From: an uncultured archaeon
GTDB taxonomy: Archaea; Iainarchaeota; Iainarchaeia; Iainarchaeales; Iainarchaeaceae
Direction: 5' to 3'
NCBI GenBank assembly: GCA_964577555.1
Contig: CAZNZM010000009.1
Coordinates: 7,379 to 39,378, forward strand
DNA: 32,000 nt
The translations under genes were made by a program, and so were the position numbers. Positions 10,007 to 18,975 of this stretch are shown piece by piece; positions within the stretch are counted from its first letter, which is position 1; every line of letters starts with the position of its first letter. The notes under the pieces are model-generated. The model saw nothing but the letters and a program-made list of their open reading frames with translations, ran no database searches and had not been told where the DNA came from.

Positions 10007-11255
10007 CGATTAGTTTTTTTTTGAAAAATTTTTTAGCATATCCAATAAGATATATTGAGCCAGTTATTAGAAGCAAACTTTTTTTGTCTGTTTTTTTTAA
10101 CGCTGAAATTATTGCTTTTTTTGGATTTGGTTCAACCAAGCCAAAACCTATTTCTTGCCTTAATTCAAAGGGGTTTTTTGCCCTGTTGGAATCCGGTTTT
10201 GTCAGTATAAGATTGTCAGCTTTTTTGATTTTTGGAATGCTACTTTTTATGTCTTTGTCATCCAAGACGCCGAAAACCATTGTCAATTTTTTAAATTTAA
10301 ACATTTTAATTGATTCAAAAAGTTTTTTCCAACCATCAGGATTATGGCTTGCATCAATAATTACTTTAGGTTTTTTCATTATTACTTGTATTCTTCCAGG
10401 CCAAAATGTTTTTTTCAATCCTGCGCGTATTGCTTTTACTGGTATTTTTGCTCCTTTTTCTCTTAAAGCAATTGCACAAGCTGTTGCAATTGCCGCGTTT
10501 TCTATTTGATAGGAACCTATTAACTTTGTTTTTAAGCCTTTGATTTTTACTGGTTTTTCAAGGCTGAATTCGTTTCCACTCAAATTTGATTTGACTTTTT
10601 TCCATTCAACCACAAAAACTTTGCAATTATTGTTTTTTGCTTTTTGCAAAATTGTTTTTAAGCCAAGATTATTTTTTCCAACCACCACAATTGAATCTTT
10701 TTTTATGATGCCTGCTTTTTCCAAAGCAATTTTTTCAATTGTATTGCCAAGGTATTGCGTATGTTCAAGCGAGATTGAGGTTATTGCACAAACAATGCCT
10801 TTGAGTACGTTTGTTGCATCCAAACGCCCCCCCATTCCAACTTCTGCCACCAAATAATCTATTTTTTGCTTTTCAAAATAAATAAATGCCATTAAAGTTA
10901 TTGCTTCAAAGTAATTAGGTTTAATTTTATTGGAATCTATTATTTTCTTTACTTTTCGAGCCAACTTTGAAAATTCTTTTTTTGAAATGTCTTTTCCGTT
11001 GATTTTTATTCTTTCAGTAGGCTCCACAAGATGAGGTGAACTGTAAAATCCTGTTTTATAACCTGATTGAATCAAAATTGTTGATATGAATTGGCATGTT
11101 GAACCTTTGCCATTGCTTCCGGCAACATGAATGGTTTTGAATTTTTCAGGTTTTATTTTGGCGATTTTGCAAAGCAATTTTATTGTTTCAAGATTGAATC
11201 CTTTCATTGCCATTTTCAACGATTTTAACCATTCTTTACTTTGTTTGTAATTCAT
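9990..11255 (-). CDS. folC: Folylpolyglutamate synthase / dihydrofolate synthase-like Mur ligase
   Basis: TIHVAGSNGKGSTCQFISTIL, GFYSSPHLVEPTERIKING, EVGMGGRLDATNV, EHTQYLG and IIDASHNPDGWKKL. Internal ATG at 11255 (MNYKQSKEWLKSL) fits the family N-terminus. Confidence 0.93.
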   Translation of the reverse strand: MNYKQSKEWLKSLKMAMKGFNLETIKLLCKIAKIKPEKFKTIHVAGSNGKGSTCQFISTILIQSGYKTGFYSSPHLVEPTERIKINGKDISKKEFSKLARKVKKIIDSNKIKPNYFEAITLMAFIYFEKQKIDYLVAEVGMGGRLDATNVLKGIVCAITSISLEHTQYLGNTIEKIALEKAGIIKKDSIVVVGKNNLGLKTILQKAKNNNCKVFVVEWKKVKSNLSGNEFSLEKPVKIKGLKTKLIGSYQIENAAIATACAIALREKGAKIPVKAIRAGLKKTFWPGRIQVIMKKPKVIIDASHNPDGWKKLFESIKMFKFKKLTMVFGVLDDKDIKSSIPKIKKADNLILTKPDSNRAKNPFELRQEIGFGLVEPNPKKAIISALKKTDKKSLLLITGSIYLIGYAKKFFKKKLIVKKSL

Positions 11256-11346
11256 CACAGCCACTTTTCTAATAAAAATTTTCAATTTTATAGAATTTTT
11301 TTGTATTGCAAGCAATTTTAATGCGTTTAGTTATAATCTAATAATA

Positions 11347-11985
11347 ATGTTTAAGAGAGCAATCCTTGTTTGCAATGGAAGCCTTACAACAAAAGAATTT
11401 TATTCAATAGTAACAAAAGACGATTTTATTGTTGCAGTAGACGGCGGAGCCAACAAATTGTTAAAGACTAAGTTTGTTCCGAATATTATAATTGGGGACA
11501 TGGATTCCATAAATTCCACTGCGAAAAAAAAATATTCAAAAGTAACTAAAATATGTTTTCCAAGGGAAAAAGACCTTTTAGACCTTGAACTTGCGATTAA
11601 TTATTGCATAGAACAAAAATTTTCTGAAATAGTAATTTTGGGTGCGTTTGGTAGCAGGCATGATATGTCTTTGACCAATGTTTTTTTGCTTTCACAAATT
11701 CCTGAAAATATTAATGCAAAAATAGTTAATGGTTCTCAAGAGATTTTTCTTATTCGTAAAAATGAATTAGTTTTGTCAGGAATTCCAGGGGAAAAGATTT
11801 CAATTTTTCCGATAAAAGGTGATGCCAAAGGTATTACTTTAGAGGGGTTCAAGTATTGTGTCCAAAATTATGATTTGCGTTTTGGCATAGGTTTTGGTTT
11901 GAGCAATGAATTTAAAAACAAAAAAGCTAGGATTTCGTTCAAAGACGGAATGTTGCTATGCGTGCATTTTCACAAATGGTTTTGA
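11347..11985 (+). CDS. Thiamine pyrophosphokinase
   Basis: AVDGGANKLLKTKFVPNIIIGDMDSI, FPREKDLLDLELAINY and ILGAFGSRHDMSLTNVFLL match the TPK catalytic domain. Confidence 0.93.
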   Translation: MFKRAILVCNGSLTTKEFYSIVTKDDFIVAVDGGANKLLKTKFVPNIIIGDMDSINSTAKKKYSKVTKICFPREKDLLDLELAINYCIEQKFSEIVILGAFGSRHDMSLTNVFLLSQIPENINAKIVNGSQEIFLIRKNELVLSGIPGEKISIFPIKGDAKGITLEGFKYCVQNYDLRFGIGFGLSNEFKNKKARISFKDGMLLCVHFHKWF

Positions 11986-11994
11986 TTTATATTT

Positions 11995-13035
11995 TTGTTC
12001 CTTGTCGCTTTTGTTATGAAAACTGGCTTTGCAAATTTGTTGTTGGCTTTCATTTTGTTGATTTTTTTGTTAGGTTGCGTTGAAGAGAAGAAACCTGATT
12101 TGGTTGTTTATACTTATGATTCTTTTGCATCTGAGTATGGTTTGGGCCCAAAGATTGTACCGCTGTTTGAAAAAGAATGCAATTGCAAGGTAAGGCTTTC
12201 TTCCAAGGGGGATGCAGGCCAAATGCTTAATGCTCTTATTCTTGAAAAGGATAATCCTAAGGCAGACGTAGTGATTGGAATAGACAATAGCATGGCTTCG
12301 GTTGCAATAAAATCAGGTGTGCTTGAAAAGTTTGTACCTCGGAATGTTTCAATTGTTCCAAAAGAACTAATTTTTGATAGTGAAAGTTATTTGATTCCGT
12401 TTGATTATGGATATTTTGCTTTTATTTATGATTCAAATAAAATTGATTTTTCTTTGAATAGTTTTGATTCTTTGTTGGATGAGAGATTGGAAGGGAAAGT
12501 AGTTATTCAAAATCCTCGCACTTCTTCACCTGGCTTGGGTTTGCTTTTATGGACTGTTGCGGTTTATGGCGATCCAGGTTACAAGGATTTCTGGAGAAAA
12601 TTCAGAAAAAATGTTCTTACTGTAACCGAGAGTTGGGATCAATCAGCAGGCTTGTTTAGTGCAGGCGAGGCTCTGATTTATTTGAGTTATGCAACTTCGC
12701 CGCCTTATTATGTTCAGTTTGAAAATAAAAAAAATTATATTGCCGCGGATTTTACTGAAGGACATTATTTGCAAGTTGAAGGCATTGGCATTGTAAAAAG
12801 CTCAAAAAACAGGTTTCTTGCAGAAAAATTTGTAGAATTTTCTTTGATGGAAAGCTTTCAAAAGGAAATTCCTTTGTCGCAATTCATGTTTCCTGTCAAT
12901 AAGCGTGTTGCTTTGCCTGAATCCTTTAAATATGCTTTGAAGCCTAAAAAACAGCTTTCTTTAGATCCTTTATTGGTCGCTGAAAAACAGGAAGAGTGGG
13001 TTTCAGAATGGGAAAAAATAATGAGAGCTGGATAA
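11995..13035 (+). CDS. Thiamine ABC transporter substrate-binding lipoprotein (ThiB-like)
   Basis: Lipobox LIFLLGC. VVYTYDSFASEYGLGPKIVPLFEKECNCKVRL and NPRTSSPGLGLLLW are ThiB-like. Next to TPK, permease and ATPase. Confidence 0.88.
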   Translation: MFLVAFVMKTGFANLLLAFILLIFLLGCVEEKKPDLVVYTYDSFASEYGLGPKIVPLFEKECNCKVRLSSKGDAGQMLNALILEKDNPKADVVIGIDNSMASVAIKSGVLEKFVPRNVSIVPKELIFDSESYLIPFDYGYFAFIYDSNKIDFSLNSFDSLLDERLEGKVVIQNPRTSSPGLGLLLWTVAVYGDPGYKDFWRKFRKNVLTVTESWDQSAGLFSAGEALIYLSYATSPPYYVQFENKKNYIAADFTEGHYLQVEGIGIVKSSKNRFLAEKFVEFSLMESFQKEIPLSQFMFPVNKRVALPESFKYALKPKKQLSLDPLLVAEKQEEWVSEWEKIMRAG

Positions 13036-14609
13036 TTCCTTTGGTTTTCCTTTGGCTTTTTTTTCTTGCTTTTTTTGTTTATCCTGTTGTCGTTGTTTTT
13101 TCAAAAGTTTTTTCTATTGATGCATTATTCAGGGCTTTCAGGGTTTTTCATGTTGATTTGCTTTTGAACTCTTTTTCGCAAGCTTTTGTTTCAACTTTGA
13201 TTTCTTTTATTATCGGATTTCCAATAGCATATATATTAGCCAATAGGGATTTTCCCGGAAGACGTGTATTGATGGCTATTTCCTTGGTTCCTTTTGTTTT
13301 TCCTTCTGTATTAGTGGTTCTTTCTTTTGTTATTGTTTTTGGAAATAATGGATGGCTAAACAATGCTCTTGCTTTTTTTGGTTTGCCGCGGATTTTTTTT
13401 CTTTATGGTTTTTGGGGGATAGTGCTTGCACACGCATTTTACAATTTTCCTATAGTAATGAGGTTTGTATCTGATGCGTGGGAAAGAATTGGAAGCCGAT
13501 TGCCTGACGCTGCGAAGTCCTTGGGAGCCAACAGTTTTCAGGTTTTTTTTCGGATAATTTTGCCACAGCTTTTTCCTTCAATTGTTTCTTCATGTTCTTT
13601 GGTGTTTATTTATTGTTTTACCAGTTTTGCAATAGTGCTTGCTTTTGGTGGACTCCAATTCACTAATTTTGAGGCTGAAATTTATAGGCAAATTTTCAGG
13701 AATTTGGATTTAAGCCTTGGCGCAGTTCTCGCCTTTTTTCAATTTGTCATTCTTTTAGTTGTTTCTTTTTTGTATTTGTATTATTCTGAAAAGTTTGGGG
13801 TGGCACAATACGGTTTTTTGTTGAAAAGAAAAAAATTGAATTTTTTTTCTTGGTTTGGTTTTTTTGAGTTTTGCATTGTTTTTATTGTTTTTTTGTTTGT
13901 GACTTTGCCTGTTTTGGCTGTTTTGGTTTTTGCATTTGATTTGGATTCGGGATTTTTGAATTTTAGAGCTTTTTTAAAAATTTTAAATTTCCAACAAGGC
14001 ATTGTTGAAGTTTCGCCGCTTAAATCGGTTTTTTATAGTTTAGTAATTGCATTTTTTTCTTCTTTGATTTCCGTATTTTTAGGTTTTATTGGCTCTATTT
14101 ATGTAAAGCGTTTTTCCTTTGTCAATCTTTTTTTTGTTTCTTCAATAGCTGTTTCTGTTGTTACTTTGGGTTTTGGTTATTATTTGGGTTTTGGAGTTGA
14201 TGGCGGCAATATTTTAATGATTTTGATTGGACACTCGGTTTTGTCTTTTCCATTTGCTTTTAGGATTTTATCTAATGCATTTTTGTCTGTTCAAAAAGAA
14301 GTATTTGATGCAGCTTTTTCTTTGGGTGCGAACAAGTTTCAAAGATTTTACTTGGTTTACTTTCCAATGCTCAAATATGCTTTTTTTGCTGCTTTTGCTT
14401 TTTCTTTTGCTGTATCTTTGGGAGAACTTGGCTTGACTTTGATTTTGTATGATGGGGTTTATGCTACCATGCCTGTTTATATTTATAGGTTAATTTCAAC
14501 TTATGATTTCAGGGCTGCTGCTGCCATGGGCTTTCTGCTTTTTTTGTTGAGTTTTTTGTGTTTTTATGTTATTGAACGCTTTTCAAGGTATAGGCAGGTG
14601 GTGTTGTGA
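13008..14609 (+). CDS. ABC transporter permease (ThiP-like, two fused permease halves)
   Basis: Two copies of the EAA-type loop: AAKSLGANSFQVFFRIILPQLFPSI and AAFSLGANKFQRFYLVYFPMLKYAF. About 12 TM segments. ATG at 13008 overlaps the ThiB-like gene. Confidence 0.9.
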   Translation: MGKNNESWIIPLVFLWLFFLAFFVYPVVVVFSKVFSIDALFRAFRVFHVDLLLNSFSQAFVSTLISFIIGFPIAYILANRDFPGRRVLMAISLVPFVFPSVLVVLSFVIVFGNNGWLNNALAFFGLPRIFFLYGFWGIVLAHAFYNFPIVMRFVSDAWERIGSRLPDAAKSLGANSFQVFFRIILPQLFPSIVSSCSLVFIYCFTSFAIVLAFGGLQFTNFEAEIYRQIFRNLDLSLGAVLAFFQFVILLVVSFLYLYYSEKFGVAQYGFLLKRKKLNFFSWFGFFEFCIVFIVFLFVTLPVLAVLVFAFDLDSGFLNFRAFLKILNFQQGIVEVSPLKSVFYSLVIAFFSSLISVFLGFIGSIYVKRFSFVNLFFVSSIAVSVVTLGFGYYLGFGVDGGNILMILIGHSVLSFPFAFRILSNAFLSVQKEVFDAAFSLGANKFQRFYLVYFPMLKYAFFAAFAFSFAVSLGELGLTLILYDGVYATMPVYIYRLISTYDFRAAAAMGFLLFLLSFLCFYVIERFSRYRQVVL

Positions 14610-15319
14610 AAATTTCTCTTGACAATGTTTCAATTGCTTTTTATGATTGGAGTATGAAGGATTTTTCAGTTGATTTTCCATCAGGTTCTTTTTCGTCAAT
14701 TCTTGGCCCAAGTGGTTGTGGAAAAACTACTTTGTTGAGGCTAATCGCTGGATTGGAAACTCCTGTTTCGGGAAAAATTTTTTTTAATGATGTTGATTAT
14801 AGTTTTGTTCCGCCTGAAAAAAGAAATATCGGCTTTGTTTTTCAGAATGACGCTCTTTTTTCGCATCTTACTGTCAGTGGCAATGTCGCATTTGGGCTTG
14901 AGGTAAGGGGTGAAAAAAATATTGGTGAAAAAGTGGCTTCTTTGCTTGCCTTGGTTGGTTTGAGTGGATTTGGCAATCGCAATATAGAACATCTTAGTGG
15001 TGGTGAAAAAAAGAGGGTTGTGATTGCACGCGCTTTGGCTTATTATCCTAAAGTGATTTTGCTTGATGAGCCTTTTAATGGGCTGGATGGAAATTTGAGG
15101 ACAAAACTTAAATCTTTGTTGAAAGACTTGCAAAAAAAATTTGGTTTGACGATAATAATGGCGACGCATGATTTGAATGATGCATTGAATTTGTCTGACA
15201 AAATAGTTGTTATGAATAAAGGAAAAATTGAACAGGTTGGCACTCCGAAAGAAATAATTTTCAAGCCTAAGAATTTTTTTGTCAAAGATTTTGTTTCAGA
15301 TGTGTGGTTTTTGAAATGA
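14606..15319 (+). CDS. ABC transporter ATP-binding protein (ThiQ-like)
   Basis: Walker A GPSGCGKTT, Q-loop NIGFVFQND, signature LSGGEKKRVVIARAL, Walker B VILLDEPF and H-loop MATHD. Confidence 0.94.
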   Translation: MKISLDNVSIAFYDWSMKDFSVDFPSGSFSSILGPSGCGKTTLLRLIAGLETPVSGKIFFNDVDYSFVPPEKRNIGFVFQNDALFSHLTVSGNVAFGLEVRGEKNIGEKVASLLALVGLSGFGNRNIEHLSGGEKKRVVIARALAYYPKVILLDEPFNGLDGNLRTKLKSLLKDLQKKFGLTIIMATHDLNDALNLSDKIVVMNKGKIEQVGTPKEIIFKPKNFFVKDFVSDVWFLK

Positions 15320-15976
15320 TTTATAATCAGTGCTTATTTTGCCTTTCATTGGCACGAATTGAAAAATCAGACCTTCAAAAGTTGTTATCAACGGGTTGTT
15401 TTTGTTTTTTATTATGCATTGCATGATTTGTTGAAATTCATCTCCTATTGGGGCAACTATTTTTCCGTTTTCATTTAATTGTTCGAATAGCGGTTTTGGC
15501 ACGAATGGACATGCACAACTTATTATTATTCTGTCAAATGGCGCTTTTTCTTTTAATCCTTTTGAACCGTCTTCATTAATTATTTCAATGTTTTTTATTC
15601 CTTCCTTTAAAAGATTTTTTTTGCATTGTTCTGCAAGTTCTTTTATTATTTCTATGCCGTAAACTTTTCCATCTTGTCCAACGATTTTTGACATCAAAGC
15701 CAATACGTAACCTGAGCCTGAACCAATTTCAAGTACTTTCATGCCGGGTTTTAGGTCAAGCATTTCAAGCATTATTGCAATTGTGCTTGGCTGGGAAATT
15801 GTTTGTCCATAACCTATTGAAATAGCTTCATCATAGTAAGCATATTCCTTGTTTTTTTCTGGGATAAAATTTTCTCTTTTCACTGCTAAGAATGCTTCTT
15901 TTATTTCTTTTTTCTTTATTGAAAAGCCTGAAATGTATTCAACCAATTTTTTTCTTTCAAGTTCGAAATCAATCAT
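15296..15976 (-). CDS. pcm: Protein-L-isoaspartate O-methyltransferase
   Basis: YDEAISIGYGQTISQPSTIAIMLEMLDLKPGMKVLEIGSGSGYVLALMSKIVG and VYGIEI. Family signature clear. Confidence 0.92.
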   Translation of the reverse strand: MIDFELERKKLVEYISGFSIKKKEIKEAFLAVKRENFIPEKNKEYAYYDEAISIGYGQTISQPSTIAIMLEMLDLKPGMKVLEIGSGSGYVLALMSKIVGQDGKVYGIEIIKELAEQCKKNLLKEGIKNIEIINEDGSKGLKEKAPFDRIIISCACPFVPKPLFEQLNENGKIVAPIGDEFQQIMQCIIKNKNNPLITTFEGLIFQFVPMKGKISTDYKSFQKPHI

Positions 15977-16895
15977 TTAGTTCTTCCCTTTCCCTAATTA
16001 GTTTTTTTAGTTCTTTTAGCTTGTTTATCGTGTCTAAATCTTCTTCCTCTATTATTGGAATTCCTTCCACGTTTTTGTATTTGTATTCTTTTGTTATTAT
16101 TATTGAATCTGAATCAATTATCGTGCTTGTTTTTTTCAATTCAATTGCTTTTTTTGGTATATCGAATTTCCCTTTTCCTGTTCCTATGAAAATGCCTTTG
16201 TCGTTTTCATTGTCGCCGTAAGCTTTGAATGGGGAGTGTGAAAAAAGAGCCATTTTCAGCCCTAATTCATGGATTTTTTCTAGAATTTTGTCATTTGGAT
16301 GTTCATCAAAAATTATTGGATCAGTTATTTTTTCAAAAACCTTTATTTCCTTTATAAGTTTTTCATTGAGTATTTTTTCTATTTTTAATGCGGTTTCAAG
16401 TGATGTGCTTGCTCCTTTTTCAAATCTGTACATTGATTCAGGTTTAACGCCTATTTGTTCGGCAAGTTCTTCTGGTTCTATTTCAAGTTGTTTCCTTTTT
16501 AATTTCAATTTTTCAAAATCAATATCAACTATGTGTTTGCCTTTAAAGTATCTTACTATTGGCTGGCGATTTTCTAAAAGTCTTTCAAAAGTATTCAAAT
16601 CCATGGTTGGTATGTCATACCTGTAATAAACCGTATTGTTTTGAAGCCTGAATACTTTTGTTTTTTTTCCTATTATTATACAATTAGCGTTTAATAGTTT
16701 GGCTAGTTTTTTCAGTTCTTCGCCTTGACATTTTCTTATTGAATCAATGTTTTCATATACTTTTATTATAATTGTAACATTATTTTTTTTTGCGATAAGG
16801 TCAAAGCAATTGTTTGAACCAGAAAATATTTCGACTAAAAAATTTTTTCTTTTCAGGGTTGAAACCAATCTTGTAACTTCTTCGGAAATAGTCAT
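15969..16895 (-). CDS. Archaeal XRE-family HTH transcriptional regulator with N-terminal nuclease-like domain
   Basis: HTH segment LEIEPEELAEQIGVKPESMYRFEKGASTSLETALKIEKIL; N-terminal conserved VTRLVSTLKRKNFLVEIFSG. Confidence 0.8.
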   Translation of the reverse strand: MTISEEVTRLVSTLKRKNFLVEIFSGSNNCFDLIAKKNNVTIIIKVYENIDSIRKCQGEELKKLAKLLNANCIIIGKKTKVFRLQNNTVYYRYDIPTMDLNTFERLLENRQPIVRYFKGKHIVDIDFEKLKLKRKQLEIEPEELAEQIGVKPESMYRFEKGASTSLETALKIEKILNEKLIKEIKVFEKITDPIIFDEHPNDKILEKIHELGLKMALFSHSPFKAYGDNENDKGIFIGTGKGKFDIPKKAIELKKTSTIIDSDSIIITKEYKYKNVEGIPIIEEEDLDTINKLKELKKLIREREELND

Positions 16896-17695
16896 ATTGA
16901 TCCCACTATGAAAGCAATTAAACTTATTATCATTCCGTATTTGCTCAATTTGCTTGCAAAAGCATAATCCTGGTTACTGTATTTTAGTGCTGATTCCATG
17001 AATAATATTGATGCAACGCCTATTAATGGAATATAAAACCAATTTTTCATTGTTCCCAAATAAATCAAAAAAATTGCTAAGCTTATCGCAAGAGAATATA
17101 ATGTTAATATATAATTGTTTAACAAGCTTTTTTTTACAATCATTGGAAGCGTTTTTTTTGTTCCTTTGTCTCCGCTTTGGTCTTGCGTGTCTTTTATTAT
17201 TTCTCTGGCTGCATTTGCAAAAATTGCTGAAAAAGCAGGCAATATTACTGGGTAATAGTTTTGTGAAACAGCTGCGCCATATACAAGTGTCGCGCTTGTG
17301 CCTATTGCAACAACCCAATTGCCAATTATTTTGATTTTTTGCATTAGGCTTGAATATAATATTAGAAAAATTGAAACCGTTGCCGCAATAAATATTGCGT
17401 GTTTGTTTATGAATGCGGCCAGGAATATTCCTGCGCCAAAAAATAGCATTGAGATTTTATAAAATTTTTTGTTTGAAGTTTTTTCTTTTCCTAGCCTTCT
17501 GTCAACTTCTTTATCATAAAAATCATTTATGAGGTTTCCTGCTCCTGTAATCAATGCAGCCGAAAGCATTGCCAAAAAAATCTTATATTCTAAAATCAAA
17601 CCACCAGCTACTATAATGCTACCGGCAATTACACCTATGGCTGAGATAAAACAATTTTCTATGCGAACAGCCTTTGCCAATTCAGTTGGTTTCAT
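16892..17695 (-). CDS. UbiA-family prenyltransferase, probable (S)-2,3-di-O-geranylgeranylglyceryl phosphate synthase
   Basis: GAGNLINDFYDKEVDRRLGKEK, SAIFANAAREIIKDTQDQSGDKGTKKTLP. Multiple TM helices. Start codon overlaps the downstream HTH gene. Confidence 0.9.
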   Translation of the reverse strand: MKPTELAKAVRIENCFISAIGVIAGSIIVAGGLILEYKIFLAMLSAALITGAGNLINDFYDKEVDRRLGKEKTSNKKFYKISMLFFGAGIFLAAFINKHAIFIAATVSIFLILYSSLMQKIKIIGNWVVAIGTSATLVYGAAVSQNYYPVILPAFSAIFANAAREIIKDTQDQSGDKGTKKTLPMIVKKSLLNNYILTLYSLAISLAIFLIYLGTMKNWFYIPLIGVASILFMESALKYSNQDYAFASKLSKYGMIISLIAFIVGSI

Positions 17696-17791
17696 GCATT
17701 AAAAATATTATAATTGTTGATTAAATGTTTTTGGTTTTGAATGCTTGACAAAATAATGTGGCTTTGTTGTTCATGCAGGTTTTGTTAAATT

Positions 17792-17959
17792 TTATCCTGC
17801 CTTCTTTTTGCCTTTTTTTCTTTGTCTAAGCTTGTTTGAACCGCACTTTCTGCATTTTTCAGGTTTTGTGCCTTTGCCGCTTCTGTTTCTATGGTTGCAT
17901 CTCATGCAAATCCATACGCCTTTAAAAATCCTGTTTGCAGATGCAGGTACCAATGCCAT
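17792..17959 (-). CDS. rpl40e: 50S ribosomal protein L40e (not in the supplied ORF track)
   Basis: Manual translation gives MALVPASANRIFKGVWICMRCNHRNRSGKGTKPEKCRKCGSNKLRQRKKGKKKAG*, 55 aa with two CxxC zinc knuckles. Confidence 0.92.
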   Translation of the reverse strand: MALVPASANRIFKGVWICMRCNHRNRSGKGTKPEKCRKCGSNKLRQRKKGKKKAG

Positions 17960-18076
17960 TAAAAAATCACCTTGAAATTCTTTAAATTTGGATAAATATT
18001 TTTGTAATAATCTTATTATTCCCTCAAGTGAAACAATTTTAAATGGATTTGGTTGGCAGATTATTAATCATAATTT

Positions 18077-18151
18077 GCCCTGATCGTCTAGTCCGGTCAA
18101 GGACACCGGCCTTTCAAGCCGAAAACCCGGGTTCAAATCCCGGTCAGGGCA
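18077..18151 (+). tRNA. tRNA-Glu (anticodon UUC)
   Basis: Acceptor GCCCTGA/TCAGGGC plus A, anticodon loop CTTTCAA, T-arm CCGGGTTCAAATCCCGG. The outermost anticodon-stem pair is C-A. Confidence 0.92.
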
Positions 18152-18236
18152 ATTATTTGAAAAAACATTTTTTTAAAGCAAGGTTTCGTGCCAGATAAAA
18201 TTAAATATAAATAAATTGCTTTTATTAAAGATAAAG

Positions 18237-18765
18237 ATGAATAAAAGAATAAGTCAAAGACCTACTGTTGTTAAAGGATATTATCTTAAAAATCCTTGGA
18301 TATCTGGCTCTCCTTCTGTCAGAAAAAAAAAGCAAACGCAGCATATTTCTTTATAGAAAATTTCGTTATAAACTTACTCAAAATGAAGTCGCTCGTATTG
18401 GCATAAATGAAGTATCTCTTAATGTAATTGATAAGATTGCTGATGGGTTACATGATTTTGTAACTAAAGAAGGAATATTGGACAAGTATGATGCTGATTT
18501 AATGAAGACTACTTTCATTAATGGGACTGTGATTGGGTATAGGATAAGCGCGACTTTGACTTCTGAATGCTTATTTGTTTTGGAAGGTATATTTGAAAAG
18601 TTAAAACCTGAAGATCTTATAAGGCTTAGAGAAAAATTTATAAGTTTTAATAAATCAAATGCAATAGATTTTATAATTTTTAGAAAAGCACTTGATATAG
18701 CAATTGAAAGAAGTAAACAAAAAAATTATCCAAAAAAATCTGAAAAAAATAATTTTAATTTTTAA
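18237..18765 (+). CDS. Hypothetical protein, apparently split by a frameshift at a 9-A run
   Basis: Frame starting at ATG 18237 (MNKRISQRPTVVKGYYLKNPWISGSPSVRKKK...) stops at 18356; the long frame 18268..18765 continues RSIFLYRKFRYKLTQNEVARIG... See findings. Confidence 0.55.
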
Positions 18766-18975
18766 AATAAAAATAGTTTGTCAAAACAAAAATATTATAA
18801 TATAAAAAGACAAAAAATAAAATTGGCAAAAGATATTTGGCAAAAAATAATCAGAAAAATAACTGGCAAAAACAAAAACTAATTTTATAAAAAAATGGCT
18901 CGGAAAAAACAATTCACAAAATGGGTTAACAAAATTTTCAAATAATTTTTATCTCAATAAAACCAAAAAATATTC

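Noticed and set aside
11256-11346. Possible TPP riboswitch or regulatory RNA upstream of thiamine pyrophosphokinase
   Set aside because: The short divergent region lacks the conserved THI-box CUGAGA motif, so no riboswitch can be supported by eye.
18766-18975. A-rich intergenic sequence with several CTGGCAAAA/TTGGCAAAA-like words
   Set aside because: Repeats are short and irregular, with no constant spacing. It is better explained by base composition than by a repeat array.
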